A DNA stretch of 64,000 bases from Moniliella sp. 'wahieum' (lineage: Eukaryota): contig RSEE01000083.1 of assembly GCA_003971905.1 (NCBI GenBank), forward strand, positions 1 through 64,000, written 5' to 3'. Positions 51,750 through 64,000 of the stretch are shown in pieces. Under the pieces are notes generated by a model. It was not told the DNA's origin. It was given only the letters and a program-made list of their open reading frames with translations, and did not search any database. Every line of letters begins with the position of its first letter. The stretch's first letter is position 1. The translations under genes were made by a program, and so were the position numbers.

Positions 51750-53060
51750 TTGTCGCGAAGTACCTGTCGACGACATTTTCGGACTAGAGCCACAGGCATT
51801 ATCGGCCGAGCTGCAGAGATTTTGGAAGACGACGCGTCAGGCCTCACACCCAACCTGTGCAAGTGCGTCGAGCGGGACCGGGACCAGATTCGGGAGGATG
51901 GGCTGCAGGTCCTGGGCACTTGTGTGGGAGGGGTAGCCTGTCATCGATCGTGGCTCCGGGACCAACTGGCCAGCCTGAGGCAGAACATGCCCAAGTTTAA
52001 TGGCAGCACCAGTCAAGGACGCCTCTTACTATGGCGGTACAGTACTCAGACGAAGCTGCGCTACCTCCTCCGCACTATACAGATGGAAGGTGAGCGGGAA
52101 GATGTACTGGCCGTGCTGGTCGAGATTGATGCTTTCATCTGTACAGCGTTCAGACGCGGATCCGGGGCGACGAGGACCTTCACCGTGTCAAAAGGACGAA
52201 CACTTCGACATGCTCATGAACCTCTGCCTCTCCGGATGGGTGGATTCGGCAGTCCGCTTATTAGTATATTGCGCCCCACGCACGTGCTGCCAACGAGGTC
52301 AACCACTATCTTAATACCACTTTTGGACCAATCGTGAGCTCACACGGCGCCGGCGAATGCATTTACGAAGCAACGCCAGCCTGCCGGGCGATGTGGGAGA
52401 AGAGCCGACAAGAGCCGCTCCAGAAGCTGGACGATGCCAATGGTCGCCATGTAGTTGAGCCCAGCAACCCACTGAGCCACACTTGGCTCTCCTCCACTCC
52501 ATCCGCCCCGTGCTTTGGCTCACCGGCAAGCAGATTTAGGTTGGTCTCCGGCTGGGCACGCTGTGCCGCTCCACGAGCAATGTGCAAGTGCGGGGTCATG
52601 TCCTCGCTCGGGCACATCATGGCTTGCACCTGCACCCAGGCCAAGTTTGGTGCAATGCATGAGGCAGTGCCGGAGCCATTATCCAGCTCGTGTGCTCCAT
52701 CCCCAACACCCACGTCCACAACGGGCCCACTGTGGAGGAAGAGGATGATGAGACAAGGGGCGGGAGGAAGGTAATACGCACTGACGACTACCGCATGATG
52801 GGGCCTGGTGCAATCGGAGGCTCAGGAATGGAGGTGGACCACACGCTGTGCGACTCGGGAACGCAGGAGGCGCAGGAGGCGCAGGCCGCGTACCTGAAGG
52901 TGGTACATTAGAGCACCGCGACGTCTTTGGAATGCCGGGAGAAGGAGCTGCATCGTCTGTTGGAGCAAGCAGAAAGCGACAAGAACACGAAAGTACCAGT
53001 AGGGACGCATCCAGGAACCGTTTTCCCCTTGGTTTGATGACGCAAGAGGATCATATTGCG
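51750..53060 (+). mobile_element. Decayed, 5'-truncated CRE-clade (Cnl1/MoTeR-like) non-LTR retrotransposon: RT C-terminal half plus CCHC/RLE region
   Basis: Broken YLDD (tacctgtcgacgacatt ~51761), GLTPNLCK, GLQVLGTCVGG, KLRYLLRT, LPLRMGGFG thumb motif, CKCG...GHIMAC...H knuckle, then RTD...EVDHT. This is the domain order of RLE LINEs. Confidence 0.75.
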
Positions 53061-56000
53061 CCACCAAGACAGTGAGCAAGATGCTTGGGCACTGAAAGGA
53101 TTTGACTACTGACACTCAATGGATATGGTTCACCGCTCGGATATCTACCACGTTTATCCGTATCCACACACGTTTCCTCGATGGGAAGGAATGGGGGCAC
53201 CAGAGGATCCTAATCTCCTGGCGATTCCCCTGGTTCCTTAAGCCGGGTTGGCGCTAACAAGCGGAATACACCGAATGAACGGGTCGGTTTAGTGGCAGCG
53301 TTTCTTTGTCCCAGCCTTAAGCTCTGGCAATGATATGGTTGCAGTTAGTATAGAGATTGAATGATTTAGACTTGTGGTCGTGAACCCTTGCTAGCTCTCT
53401 CTGAGTTGAGCGACCAAAATTCGGGGTTAGTTTCCCAATCTGTGCATATCAAAGCCCTCCCTTGATATACGTTTCTCTCTCATTCCTGTGACTGAAGGCA
53501 GAGAACCTATACTTTACGTGAGCCTTTTATTGTTCTGACTGTTCCCGTTCTTGTTGAGAGTGCGAAACGTTTCTTCAACTATTGGTCTATGTTCCTTTGT
53601 GAGATCCCATGGTACCAACGGCCTCTTGATTCCTTCGTTATTTCTTGATTGCGGTGCTTATTCCTTACGTATCCTATCCGTATGGCCCGTCATTGATTGA
53701 TGCTCTCTTTCCTGCCGATAGAGGGCAATAAAGTTGTGTTTCCTTTGGTCGTCTTCATCCTTTTATCAACATCATCCTTTTCCTAGCCATCATCATCGTA
53801 GCAGACAACACCCTCGTTTGTCCTGGTCCGGGAACACTACAACATGGGGATCCAACAGAAGTGCGGTTCATCCAGATTCAGTGCTTTATCGATCTGGTAC
53901 CATAGCAATCCTACGTCTTTCTTCGTCCAGCTCTTTCTCTCTCCACCCGTCGCCCACTGACTTTTTCTCGTCTGTGCTTCCCGCGCTACAATAGCGCAAC
54001 GGGGTCCTCGGAATCTTAGAAGCGATTACCGAGCCATTTTCGATTTTAACTAGTTGTAGCCGACGCCTAAGGACCTTCCACAGAAGAGGATTTTTTTTCG
54101 CGTTGGCTGTGTGAGCCATATGTGAGCGGTTCGTGAACAGGAGTTAGATGTCCTTCGCTCCTATCTTGTCGCTACGTTGCCTGTTTACCTTAACCACCTT
54201 ATATTTTCACCCTGCCTCTCTTCTCCCCGAATTTATTTCTCTTTCTCTTCTTTCCCCTCCACTTTGTCTGTGAGCTCAGTCTCGAACTCAAGCTGGATGC
54301 CTAAAATTAAAGGCTTTGCATTACTGTTACTTATCTTCGCTCAACATATCAGCCCTTTTCGCCCGTGTCTATTTCATTTGCTATGTTCGATCTCGATTTT
54401 GCACTTTCTTTGCGTTCCTTGAACCGTTTAGCCAACATTGTCCACATCAATACCGCCGACCGTATCAGCAAAGCCCGGGTTTGGTTGGTTCTGACAATTT
54501 GCGTAATCAAGCGGCTGACATATAATCCCCACCATCAACGCTTTTTGTTCACCTGTCGCCTAAAATGTATTCTTATCAATTTCCTGTGACTTACTGCTTC
54601 TCCATTGTAGTACTTTGGCAAGTCGCGACTTCGCACAGGATTGGACACGTAGTTAGGTTAACGTCCTACCTCATACCCAACTCATGCCTTGATCTTGTAC
54701 TAATCATTCACTTCAAATCTTCTGTTAGCTTTGGATTCGACGGTACAGGCGGGCCTTGTTGTGGTACGTGAGTTGTGCCCCTCGCACTTTCTCATTGCCT
54801 TGATCTCTCCATGCGCCCCGATCCTTTATTGTGCTTGCGCTTCATGAACCGCTACCGGCATTGCTGTTAGTCCGCCACACTGTCCTACCTAGCTAGCCCA
54901 TGGAACCATCTAGCTTCTTCGCATTTGTGCCCATTCAACGGTTAAGGAATTTGACACGAGAGCACACGCAATATTGCTAATGAAAGCTGACAACGTCTCT
55001 GCGCCGTCGTCTGCTGGGGGATGGTTCCCCTCGGTGTGCTTAAATATAACCAGCAATTAGGATAATAGCGTAGGATACTTCCATCAACACTTTGAGTTTA
55101 CCAACCTTGTCAACCCATAGTCGTGGCCACTCGTATCATCAACTCGTGCCATGGCTTATTTGCAAAGATTTGTTCTAGATAATCCAGCCCTTACTGACTG
55201 CTTAACAATTATTATGTTCATGACAGACCTACGAAAGGAATTGAAGGACTTCTGGAACTAATGGTGCTAATGTACGGACGTGTAATGATGCTTGCTAAAA
55301 TCCACTACTGGGGGGGTAATGCGTAGGAATATTTATATTACTACTGAACGGCCTCCGCCACATGTCATCGATCATCTGAACCAAATAAATACATGCATCA
55401 CTTAAAGCCCGGCGGTATGATGGTTTCTGTTGTGTGGATGAATTGTGTGCTACACTGGTGACATGCGCCCAGTGGCACTGCAGCAGTAGTGTTCTTATTT
55501 TTTTTCTTCTTCTTCCTACCTGCGGTTGGGAGCATAGCTCTTGCTCTTGTGGGAGTTATGTAGTGAATGTTATGACTTAACCACCTCCATCTCCTGTTAG
55601 CTGCACAATAGTTTCCCGTTGAAAAAAAGTTATATAGGACTAACATATGTAGTTGTCCTTGGGTCCCAAGGTAAAACGAAAAGCAGCTGCTTGATACGCG
55701 AAATAGATCCCATCTGTGGCCTTCAGTACGGGCTGAGATCGTTCTCTTTTTGAATTTCATTGTCCCAAGCTGTTTCTGCTGCAGCCCCTTTCTATTGCTC
55801 TACCTCCACCAACAATTGCTGCATCCCAGGACCTAGTCTCGACTCTGGTTCTCTTCGCCGGGGCCCCGACTGTATGACCTCATAGGCCAATGTCATCGTA
55901 CGCATTCAGTCCACCAAGCTATGCCTATCTTCTTTACAGGACAGGATGACTCACGGTTACGGAATCATATCGTATTGTACTGGCTCAGTGAGGATATTCG

Positions 56001-56199
56001 TCATACTTTAGCACAAACGTTCGATGAACGCCGTAGGGATGGAAACGGAGACAGTGGCCGGATATTTACCGAAGGGGTGATCATCCTGCAAGCTAACTCT
56101 TGCCCAGGCAATGTAGATCCGCATCTACGATGAGGGCAGTGCAGGAGATCTCTAAGTCATCTCTCGTAGGTGTGTTGTTTAGTAGTACTTTCCAATCCT

Positions 56200-56790
56200 C
56201 ACTTATAAAATGGCAGACCTTGATGGGTTTACTTTGAACATGAATCCTCACGCGGCAGGTCCCTGATCATCAGGTCTGCTGTTCCCCACATTTCTGGTTG
56301 TGTTGCCCCCCTTGCACCTTTTTCGTCAGCAAAGTACTGGAATGAATTGGGGGACCGGTCACCCTGTCGGACAACATTGTGTGATCCCTTTTCATCCGCA
56401 ACCCATTCACCGCTTCAAAAACGTTATCAATCAAAGGTATTGTCACATAGTCACGGTTGGCCCAGCCGACACAGGTGCACACCAATGTCAGTTCCTACAG
56501 AGGCATTCTTCAACACAAATGAACGTGTCGACCATTTATCACTATCTGCAAGCGCATGCCGTCTCAATATAAGCAGTCATCGACAGTACTTTCAGCATCC
56601 GCTCTCATTTGATTGTCCGTAGGTGGATCCTTTTGCTGGGAAGAAGATAGTCTTGAGGGTTTGGGTATTAGTTTTAGAAAGAAACATTTTGTGATGGCAA
56701 ATACAGTATGTAAACCAATGCTGGCCACGATCCGGTCCTAAAATTCTTGTGTGAGAACGTAAATAATCGCTAACGTCTCTTTGGCTCAAC
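56200..56790 (-). mobile_element. Highly degenerate Ty3/gypsy integrase remnant
   Basis: QRDVSDYLRS (resembles m..dV..yv.sC) and LIDNVFEAVNGL...MLSDR(VT)GP-QF across a frameshift (resembles F...V...HGlP..IiSDRGpqF). Confidence 0.45.
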
Positions 56791-57189
56791 TTTTGTCTAG
56801 AGGATTACAAGCTATCCATCTGTTGGAATAACAGCAAATCACTTGATTTTCTCCTTCCGAACTTCTTATCCTTACATGGTGCTGATACTGACCATGTTCA
56901 AATTGTAGCTTCCTACGTGAACACACAGCTCTACAATAGTTGTCGAACACCTTAGTACTATGTACCCGGGACAGGAGGAATAGCGACACCACAGATGCGG
57001 GAGTGTCGGTCACCGCAGGACGCAATTCATGATCATTATGCCCGGCATGGGCATGATAAGGACGGCGCCGAGTTGGCATCACGTTGTGCTGTTCTGCAGA
57101 AGAATGATGCTACAGGAATCGTCTACGTCAACGCACTAAATGTTGACATCCGTCCTAGGACCGCGCGGACCCTGAGTCACGTGTCGGAG

Positions 57190-57910
57190 TCAGTTGTCAT
57201 TCCTTCCGAGCTCGCACCTGTCTTCTGGACGAGTCAGTCGCAGAAGCTTCTTAGTCCAATACGACGTTCAGTGCTCACATTCTGTGGTAGTAGCGAGGCC
57301 GACACTAAACTCCCTCTATGATCCCTTGCATTTGTCTTACTCTTCCCGTACGGCGATCGAGGGTGGGGCCCGCGTCAGACCATGAAGCTTCGCAAAAAGA
57401 GAATCAGGGCCATTGACGAAGAAATCGCTGCTCGCCGCGGCAATGCCCGACCAGCCCCGCGGGACGAGCCAAATGCCACACCTGCAACAGCAACCACACA
57501 GCATGATACCAACAATGCAGCGCCAGAACGCTCCCCGCCCGCTCATCAAAATCGTCCGGTCATCATTGGTCCTGAGGGTAGAACGGTGATGAATACGCAA
57601 GGGGAACGCGTCCCCTTCCAGTTCAGGACGACAACCCGCCCCCACCTCATCAACCTCGCCGTGCTCCGGACGAACACTTTGTGACTATGAACGACCACAT
57701 ACGCTTCCATATGATGCAGCGGGATGATTGGCAAGATGAGAATGGGAAATGGTATCCTTCGGTGCTAAAGTGGGACCGTCTCAAAGATGAATGGGTCCTT
57801 GACGGTTATTCGAAAATAGAGGGACAACGCCTCCTTTACATTTAGCAACCAAGATACGTTGTGGACCGAAATGGTTGCCAGCGTGGTCGATGCTCTGGCC
57901 AACGACCCTG
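57190..57910 (+). mobile_element. Degenerate Helitron Rep/helicase N-terminal fragment
   Basis: Across 1-nt frameshifts: YDPL/FVLLFPYGDRGW (57317-57366; consensus YDPLqYpLLFPyGe.GW) and EWVLDGYSKIEGQRLLYI/SNQDTLWTEMVASVVDAL (~57788-57897; consensus q.vvD.y.kiE..RL.yi..nQ..lR.e...g..Dal). Confidence 0.72.
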
Positions 57911-58627
57911 CCGAACATGAGCTGAAATAGGGCTGGGGGCGGCGTGGCTGTAGGCGAGATCACACGCAACTGAACGAGCTCGACTTCGATCATGTAGCAC
58001 CTCGAGGGCTCACGCGAACTGGGTTGTCTGTGAGGGACGGAGAGACGAAGACGGGAATTGGAGGACGACTGAGGACGGGAAGCGGAGGAGCAACAAGAAG
58101 GGGGGACGTCAATGGACCGTGTGGGGGAAACTCAGGAACCATTGCTAACAGACGGGAACTAAAAAGGAAGCAACGCAATCGAGGAAGAAGGAAGAACAGG
58201 GTAAAACAGAGGAGCCGGTTGCCGCACGGTAAAAAAAGGTAAGGCAAACAGAGGCGGGGCGACTATATCGTCGCAAAGGAAGATACTGATAATTGGGTGG
58301 CCATGCGGCGGCCGCTAATTAGTCACTCGGGCAACAGGCGACCATTGTCGCGCGGATACATAGAACTGTTATAATCGTGCTGGCGGTCTGGCCAGCCGCG
58401 AGCAAACTGAATTGAATCGAGGAGCACGCTCTTTTATTGGGCCATCTCCTTCATGTGAGTAGAGCGTTCGAATATGGCGTTCTTACAATGATTATGTCCG
58501 TGGCCATGCAGTCCGCTTGACATGCCAGGAAATCGATCAATAAGAGATCCGTATGTCGGTAACTTGAATGTGGTTGTGTTTTACTTTGGATCACTGCGGG
58601 CTCTGACTCGCCTGAATAATCCATCTA

Positions 58628-60420
58628 TTATACTCCGTTGCGCCTAAATGCAGCATGTTTTCTTCGATCTGTGTGGCCAAGATAGAATCCCTTCCGTACT
58701 TCGGCTGAGGACGCTGAGAAGATCCGTACGTGGACTATGAAGAGGCTACTAACTGATTTTATCCTACTTCCAATATTTGGTCTTTGGCCTTGAACGCAGA
58801 AGTGAGCTTTAAGTGGATGAGCTGCCGGATCTGGGCGTTCAGTTTTCTGATCCACAGGCCTTTCGTTCTCTCATTGTGAGATTGTCCACGGATGCCTTTT
58901 GAGTCCTTTCAGTCTTCTGAACGGATCCCGCTGGGATCCTACAAGAGAGTTGATTAATTGTTCAGTGACAAGACCTGTGTCCTATACGCTGTCTTCGCCT
59001 GCGTCAACCTTCCGCCCAGTAGTCCTTTAGGACCACGGACTACACCCGTACTACGCTAGTCTGGCTCGCTCCGGCGCATGCAGAACCTTGCCACGTGAGC
59101 CGACGCCTCAATTGAGAGGCGTCACCTCGGCTCTAGCAAGGTTCGGATTTGCTAGGAGTATTGGGGCTCGAACAACCGTGAGTGGCCTGTCCTCTCTCTT
59201 CCAAGGAAAATATGCTTCTAAACAATAGTCGGGCTACAGTCTGTGCGGGCAGTCGCCAGAGTATGGGATTGATTGGTTCTCACTGTAGGTCTTTTCCGCC
59301 TACTACCTCAGTCTTCGGGTGCTTGGAGGCCACATTTTGAAGCTGCAACAACACACTGGGGCATAGCTACATTACATGTTTAGCTATGAGGTCAAGAAAA
59401 GAAGGACCTCGCGCGTATAGCAGGGTACGAATTTGCCCTTTTTTCCCGTGCAGTGGAGATCGGCCAAACACTGTGGATAATCGCGCGGAGACGGATTGAA
59501 GCCGGCCTCGTTGCCCCCAATGCCATGGTGCTGTTAGACGATGGAATGGTGGCTACGGCGGCCCATCCTGGTCAAGGAGGAACATCCAGCCGGGCTCCCA
59601 GAGGTGGAACAGCAGCCAAGAGTCAAGGACTGTCGTCCCTCCATTACCCAGGCCTCGATTCGCACTTTGTCTTATATATGACACGTCAGAGTTCCATGCC
59701 AAAAAACTTGAGATAAAACTTGAGATACGAGATGCTTGAGCCGCTCTGAATCTGACTTGGGATCTATCAGTAGTTTTCTGATCGTCTTCCACCGGAAAAG
59801 ATGGGTGGGGCAGGAATCTGCGACCCGCTCTATGTATTCCTGGTGAGGATAGTAGTCTGTTTTATCTGACTTTCATTTCTTTCCTTCTATTGTCCCGATT
59901 CCCTCCGAAATGGAGAGCCCCTAACCCAGGTCTGTGTCTACTCCAGCCTTATTACTGGCACATAAGCCAAGGCCCTGTATGTGAAGGCAACCTCCCAAAC
60001 CCGCCTCCCAGTGTGATATATGATAGGCATACTCCACACTTATCTACTACCCGCCGGTCTCCCTCCCTCTCCTTATTTCCTTCAAAAAATTGCATCCATC
60101 AATATCCTCCTTCATCAGTACTTTACTAGAGTCGGATAGGCCTCGCCGTGTTTCTAGCCCCGCTCGTCGGATCTACCGCCCAAGCCCAAGCAAGAGAACT
60201 GCTGTGATTCTACAACGCATCCTTCAAGGATTCATACCTCCAATACCCCCCTCCATGCAATGGTGGTCCCCCTGGCTTGGGGCCACGACCCTTGCTTGCG
60301 AAATGATTCTTCAATGCTGTTAATCAGCTTGGTTATCACTTGATCATCGGACGACGGGATAGTGGTAATTTTTGGTATGATGTACAAATATGCTTGAAGT
60401 AGAGGGCCTCTACCAGGCAA
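58628..60420 (-). mobile_element. Degenerate Ty1/copia element remnants (gag-like at ~60232-60420; integrase C-terminal part at ~58628-59170)
   Basis: DYWAE (~59009-59031; compare LP..fWaEA), GQRPNIGSRIK...FIVHV...VRKGFYLGH (compare G.kP....lr.FG...vh...kg.flGY), SDDQVITKLINSIEESF (UBN2 gag-like). Confidence 0.55.
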
Positions 60421-61233
60421 ATGTGGGACATGGGCGAGTTATACCAGTGACGTGAGAGGGTGAACGGGAGTGGCTCCCTAGTCCGTCCCCAAGTCTGTTT
60501 AGTGACGCTCCCTTAGATTAGTTGGGGGGTTAGCTGCGAACCCCTTGCTCGCTCCCTCGAGTCCCTTTTCCCTCTTCTGTCTCCTTCCCTTCAGACGTTG
60601 TTCAAGACCTGCGGCTCCGTCTAGCATCTCTCTGTCCTTTCAGCCACACATCACATGCCACGTGCCCGCCTGTCGCTGTCACAGCCGGCCCGCTGTTGCG
60701 ACGGGGTGATGATGACTTTTTTTGACGTCGTAGCCTCTCATCCGCCCCCGAGAGAGACTGCGCGGACTGCAAGGGTTGGTTACTCGTCCTGCTTGCCACT
60801 ACCAAAAAAACGCCCAGGAGCCGGGTGGACGAGGACGCGGGACGGCGGACATAGACCGCGTCGGACATACCTCGGGCGTAGGGGTCGGGCTAACCCTAGC
60901 GCCCCGTTCCGGGGCGCGCCGGGCGCGCCGGGGCACTGCCGCGGTGCGCGCCGAAAGGCCGGGCGCCAAGAGCAGAGCCAAGGCCAAAGCCAAAAAAGCA
61001 AAGCCAAGAGCCGCGCTGCTCCGCGGAGCCGCGCGCTGGCTCCGCACTCGTCACGCGTCACCCGCATCACGCGTCCCTCGTCACTGGTGCGGTGCGCCGC
61101 TTTTTGGTTTGGTTCCACCCGCGCAGCAGCCCGCGCGGGCCTTAGAGAAGGCCTTGCGACGGCCTTACGACGCCGTCCTGGCTGGCTTCACGTGTGACCC
61201 ACCACCTCCCCTCCTCCGCTGCTGTCGGCCGCC

Positions 61234-62739
61234 ATGAACCTTCTCCGCCGCGCTGCTGGGCGCGACGCCCACGTCGATGCCCCACCCGAGAAGCCCGCTG
61301 CGGCGCTCCCCCCGCCACCAGCAACGTCCTCCTCCGCCCTGCGTCCGGCTGCACGCCCCCGGTCCTGCCCGCCTTCACGCCCAAGCAAGAGGCCGAGGTG
61401 GCGGAGCTGCGTGCGTATGGCCAAGAGCTCCATGCGCATGGGTGGTACGCCTCCGACCACCGGACCACGACCCGCACCCCGACCACACCAGCCATACCGA
61501 TCCAGCCTACCAAGTGTACGAGGCTGCCTGGCTCGCCGACCCAGGCACGTGCAGCCGCTTTTACCGTGCGGCCAAGCACCATTTGCCCCATGCGCGCAAA
61601 CGCCTGCTTGCGACGCTCACGTGGCGTCGTTCGTACCAGCCTGAGATCATCCCCCCGACGAAGTCTACCCGGAATCCGTCACGGGCAAGTCGATTGTCAC
61701 TGGCTTTGATCGCGACTGCCGACCCATCCTCTATCTTCGTCCCGGACGGGAAAACACGCCGACGTCCGAATCGTCAAATCCGTTCCTCGTATGGAACTTG
61801 GAGCGGTTGTTGATTGGTAACGTGCCCCCCCCCCCCCCTCCCCCTCACCTTACCCCCTCATCTTGTCTTTCTGCTTCCTCCATTGTGGTGTGACGCCTCC
61901 ACCTGTCCTGGATTCCTTGACTGACACTGGCTACCCTGCCCTGTTTGCTGCGCACACCAGACCTGATGCCTGAAGGCCAAGAGAAATGTTGCATCATCAT
62001 TGACTACAAGAGTGCTACGCAACAGAGCAATCCGTCATGGAGCACCAGTCTCAAAGTGTTGCACATCTTGCAGGAACATTATTGCGAGCGCTTGGGTCGC
62101 GCCTGCATCTCCAACGTACCTTGGTTTAGTGCGTATCAGTATTCCTTTCTTTCCTTTTTTCTTTCCCTCTCCATCTCTCTCCCTCTGCCCCCCTTCCTCC
62201 TCATAACCTGCGGGGATGATCGAGGAGGAGGGTGCGGAGGAGGGAGAGAGGCATAGAACCCCTTGGGGCCAATCCACTAACTAACCCCTTCTTCTTCCCC
62301 CCCCCCCCTCTTAACCCTCCTTACCATTACCATTACCCTTTCCAGTCAACATGTTCTACACGGCCATCCGTCCGCTACTCGATCCGGTCACCAAGGAGAA
62401 ATTCAATTCAACATCCCCATGACTGATGCGGTTCCTGCCGAGCAATTGGACTCGGACTGGGCTGGGGGTCGGTACCACTTTGTCTTTGACGCGCCCACCT
62501 ATTGGAGCCAACTGACCGAGTTTTGTGGGATTGCGGGCAATGGTGCCCGGACCCATCCTTCCTTTGCTCGTGCTGCCCCGGACACCAAATCGCCCGCTGC
62601 TACAACGACGGCGACTGCGACGACGGCTCCGGCGGAGCCTGCGACAGCACCTGGCGTCTCGCCGCCGTCGAGTGAGAGTCCGAGCCAGTCGGGCCAGACC
62701 ACGTTGGCCGCGGCTAGTGCGACGGGGGACAGTGCCTAA
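61234..62739 (+). CDS. PDR16: CRAL-TRIO / Sec14-family phosphatidylinositol transfer protein, PDR16/PDR17-like; introns ~61817-61960 and ~62129-62346; frameshifted
   Basis: RFYRAAK...KRLLATLTWRR, GFDRDCRPILYLRPGREN, IIIDYKS, LHILQEHYCERLGRACISNVPW, LDPVTKEKI, EQLDSDWAGG. Confidence 0.85.
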
Positions 62740-63583
62740 GCAGCCCTGTCTGCTTTCTCCTTGCCGGCTTTTGTTTGCTCTTGCTCTGCCCCCGGTATGA
62801 AGGAGCGTTCGAGGTAGGCATGGTATGCACATGTGCCAACGGACCGTTTCGTCTCGTAGCCTATTCGCCTGTCTTACCCCTGCCGAGCCTTGGCTGGTCC
62901 TGCCTCTCTTGTCCTTGCTTGTCCTGGGCATGGGCATGATCTTGGTCTTGGCCTTGGGCTTGGGCTGGGACTGGCTGCTGTGCCCTGTTCGTGCATCACG
63001 TGGGATCCTCTGACTGCTAATACCCGAGAGACCCCCCACCCACCTGCGTCCAGTCTTTATTTTTCCCCCACTCGCTTTTTTTTCTTTCTCTCTCTTTTTA
63101 TCCCCCTCTTGTCCCCCTCATCCGTATTTCGCTCACAGCGTCTTCCGCACTGTCATTGTCCCCACTCGTTCTGCTTTCTTTCCTCTCGTCTCTCGCCTTT
63201 GCCCGTCCGCTCTGAAGCTCAGTCACTAGTCACCAGTCCGCACTCAATCCACCTGAGTATGTTTGTATGTATGTGGTGGTAGCTTGGGTCGCGGCTAGGC
63301 TTCGGTTTCGGTTTTGGTTTTGGTTGTTTCTCTACTGCCAGCGCCCGCGGCGGGAAAGGGGCTGGAAAAGGCTAGTACAGCAATGTACACGCCGCGCCCA
63401 CAAACATATCCATACAAACAGCATCGATTCATCTAGTACAAACGCACCCGCCAACTGCGAGGGACCAAGTCAGGAAAGACCCGGCACCTCTCATGTCAGC
63501 GGTAGCAATCTTGGTAGTAACGTTCGGAACAATAGGGCGGGGTCAGCGAGGTAAAAGAGGATTTGGAGGGGGAGAAAGAGGGG

Positions 63584-64000
63584 TTAATTGGTTAGACCGA
63601 CGTGGCGCGGGGCGGGCGAGCCGGCGGGGCAAACGAGAAGGCCGTATCGAGAAGCGGTTTGGGGTCCTTCTTGTGGTGCGACTGACGACGGTGAGATTTG
63701 GTGCCGGGGGGAACAACGGGAGGGAAGTAAGCCAACTCGTCGTGCGCGGGGAGCGGCTTGGCCTCGGCCGGAGGAGGCGGGACGGTGCGGCAGGCGGTCG
63801 GGGCGTGCAGAGGAACTGACAAGCCCGCCTGTTGTTTTCTTGTTGGCCGCCATGGCTTGCCTATACTCTTCCAGCGTAAGCATTCTCTCTTCTGCGACGG
63901 GCTGAGCCGCCGCCAGCCCGGCAGTGGCAGCAGCAGCGGGGCAGCTGTCGAGGCAGAGGGGGGAGCAGCATCGTGGCGGGAGCGCATGCCGTGCCTCGTG
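63584..64000 (-). CDS. Probable 3' part of a protein-coding gene running off the window
   Basis: GC-rich, coding-like open frames (MLTLEEYRQAMAANKK; PPPPAEAKPLPAHDELAYFPP); no domain recognised. Confidence 0.35.
   Translation of the reverse strand, partial: HEARHALPPRCCSPLCLDSCPAAAATAGLAAAQPVAEERMLTLEEYRQAMAANKKTTGGLVSSSARPDRLPHRPASSGRGQAAPRARRVGLLPSRCSPRHQISPSSVAPQEGPQTASRYGLLVCPAGSPAPRHVGLTN

Noticed and set aside
60430..60600. Copia primer-binding site and 5' LTR (TCA-CTGGTATA on the minus strand)
   Set aside because: Weak PBS match and no second LTR copy recognisable in the window.

Overview
Eukaryotic, GC-rich fungal DNA, probably a basidiomycete (the 5.8S and 18S helix-45 signatures resemble Ustilaginomycotina; inference). 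The window opens with a single rDNA fragment truncated at both ends: partial 18S, very short ITS1, 5.8S, very short ITS2, and a 28S that stops inside the R1-retrotransposon target motif. Its decoding helix h44 carries an apparently compensated base-pair swap. Intron-containing genes follow: branchpoint-binding protein BBP/SF1, an alpha/beta hydrolase, DBF4, a GH79 glycosidase, tRNA-Gln(CUG), a phytase, an Apc15-like protein, UDP-glucose 4-epimerase, a hypothetical protein, a C2H2 transcription factor, a BBC1-like SH3 protein and a PDR16-like CRAL-TRIO protein. Almost every CDS is broken by single-base frameshifts, most likely unpolished long-read errors, so CDS boundaries are approximate. A lower-GC, gene-free island of about 9.5 kb (51.1-60.6 kb) holds decayed CRE-like LINE, gypsy, Helitron and copia remnants and is a centromere candidate. 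The most striking signal lies downstream of the BBP stop codon on its sense strand: three tandem cassettes of branchpoint-like motifs (11 CUAAC, 5 ACUNAC), each ending in a YAG. This suggests a splicing-based autoregulatory element.
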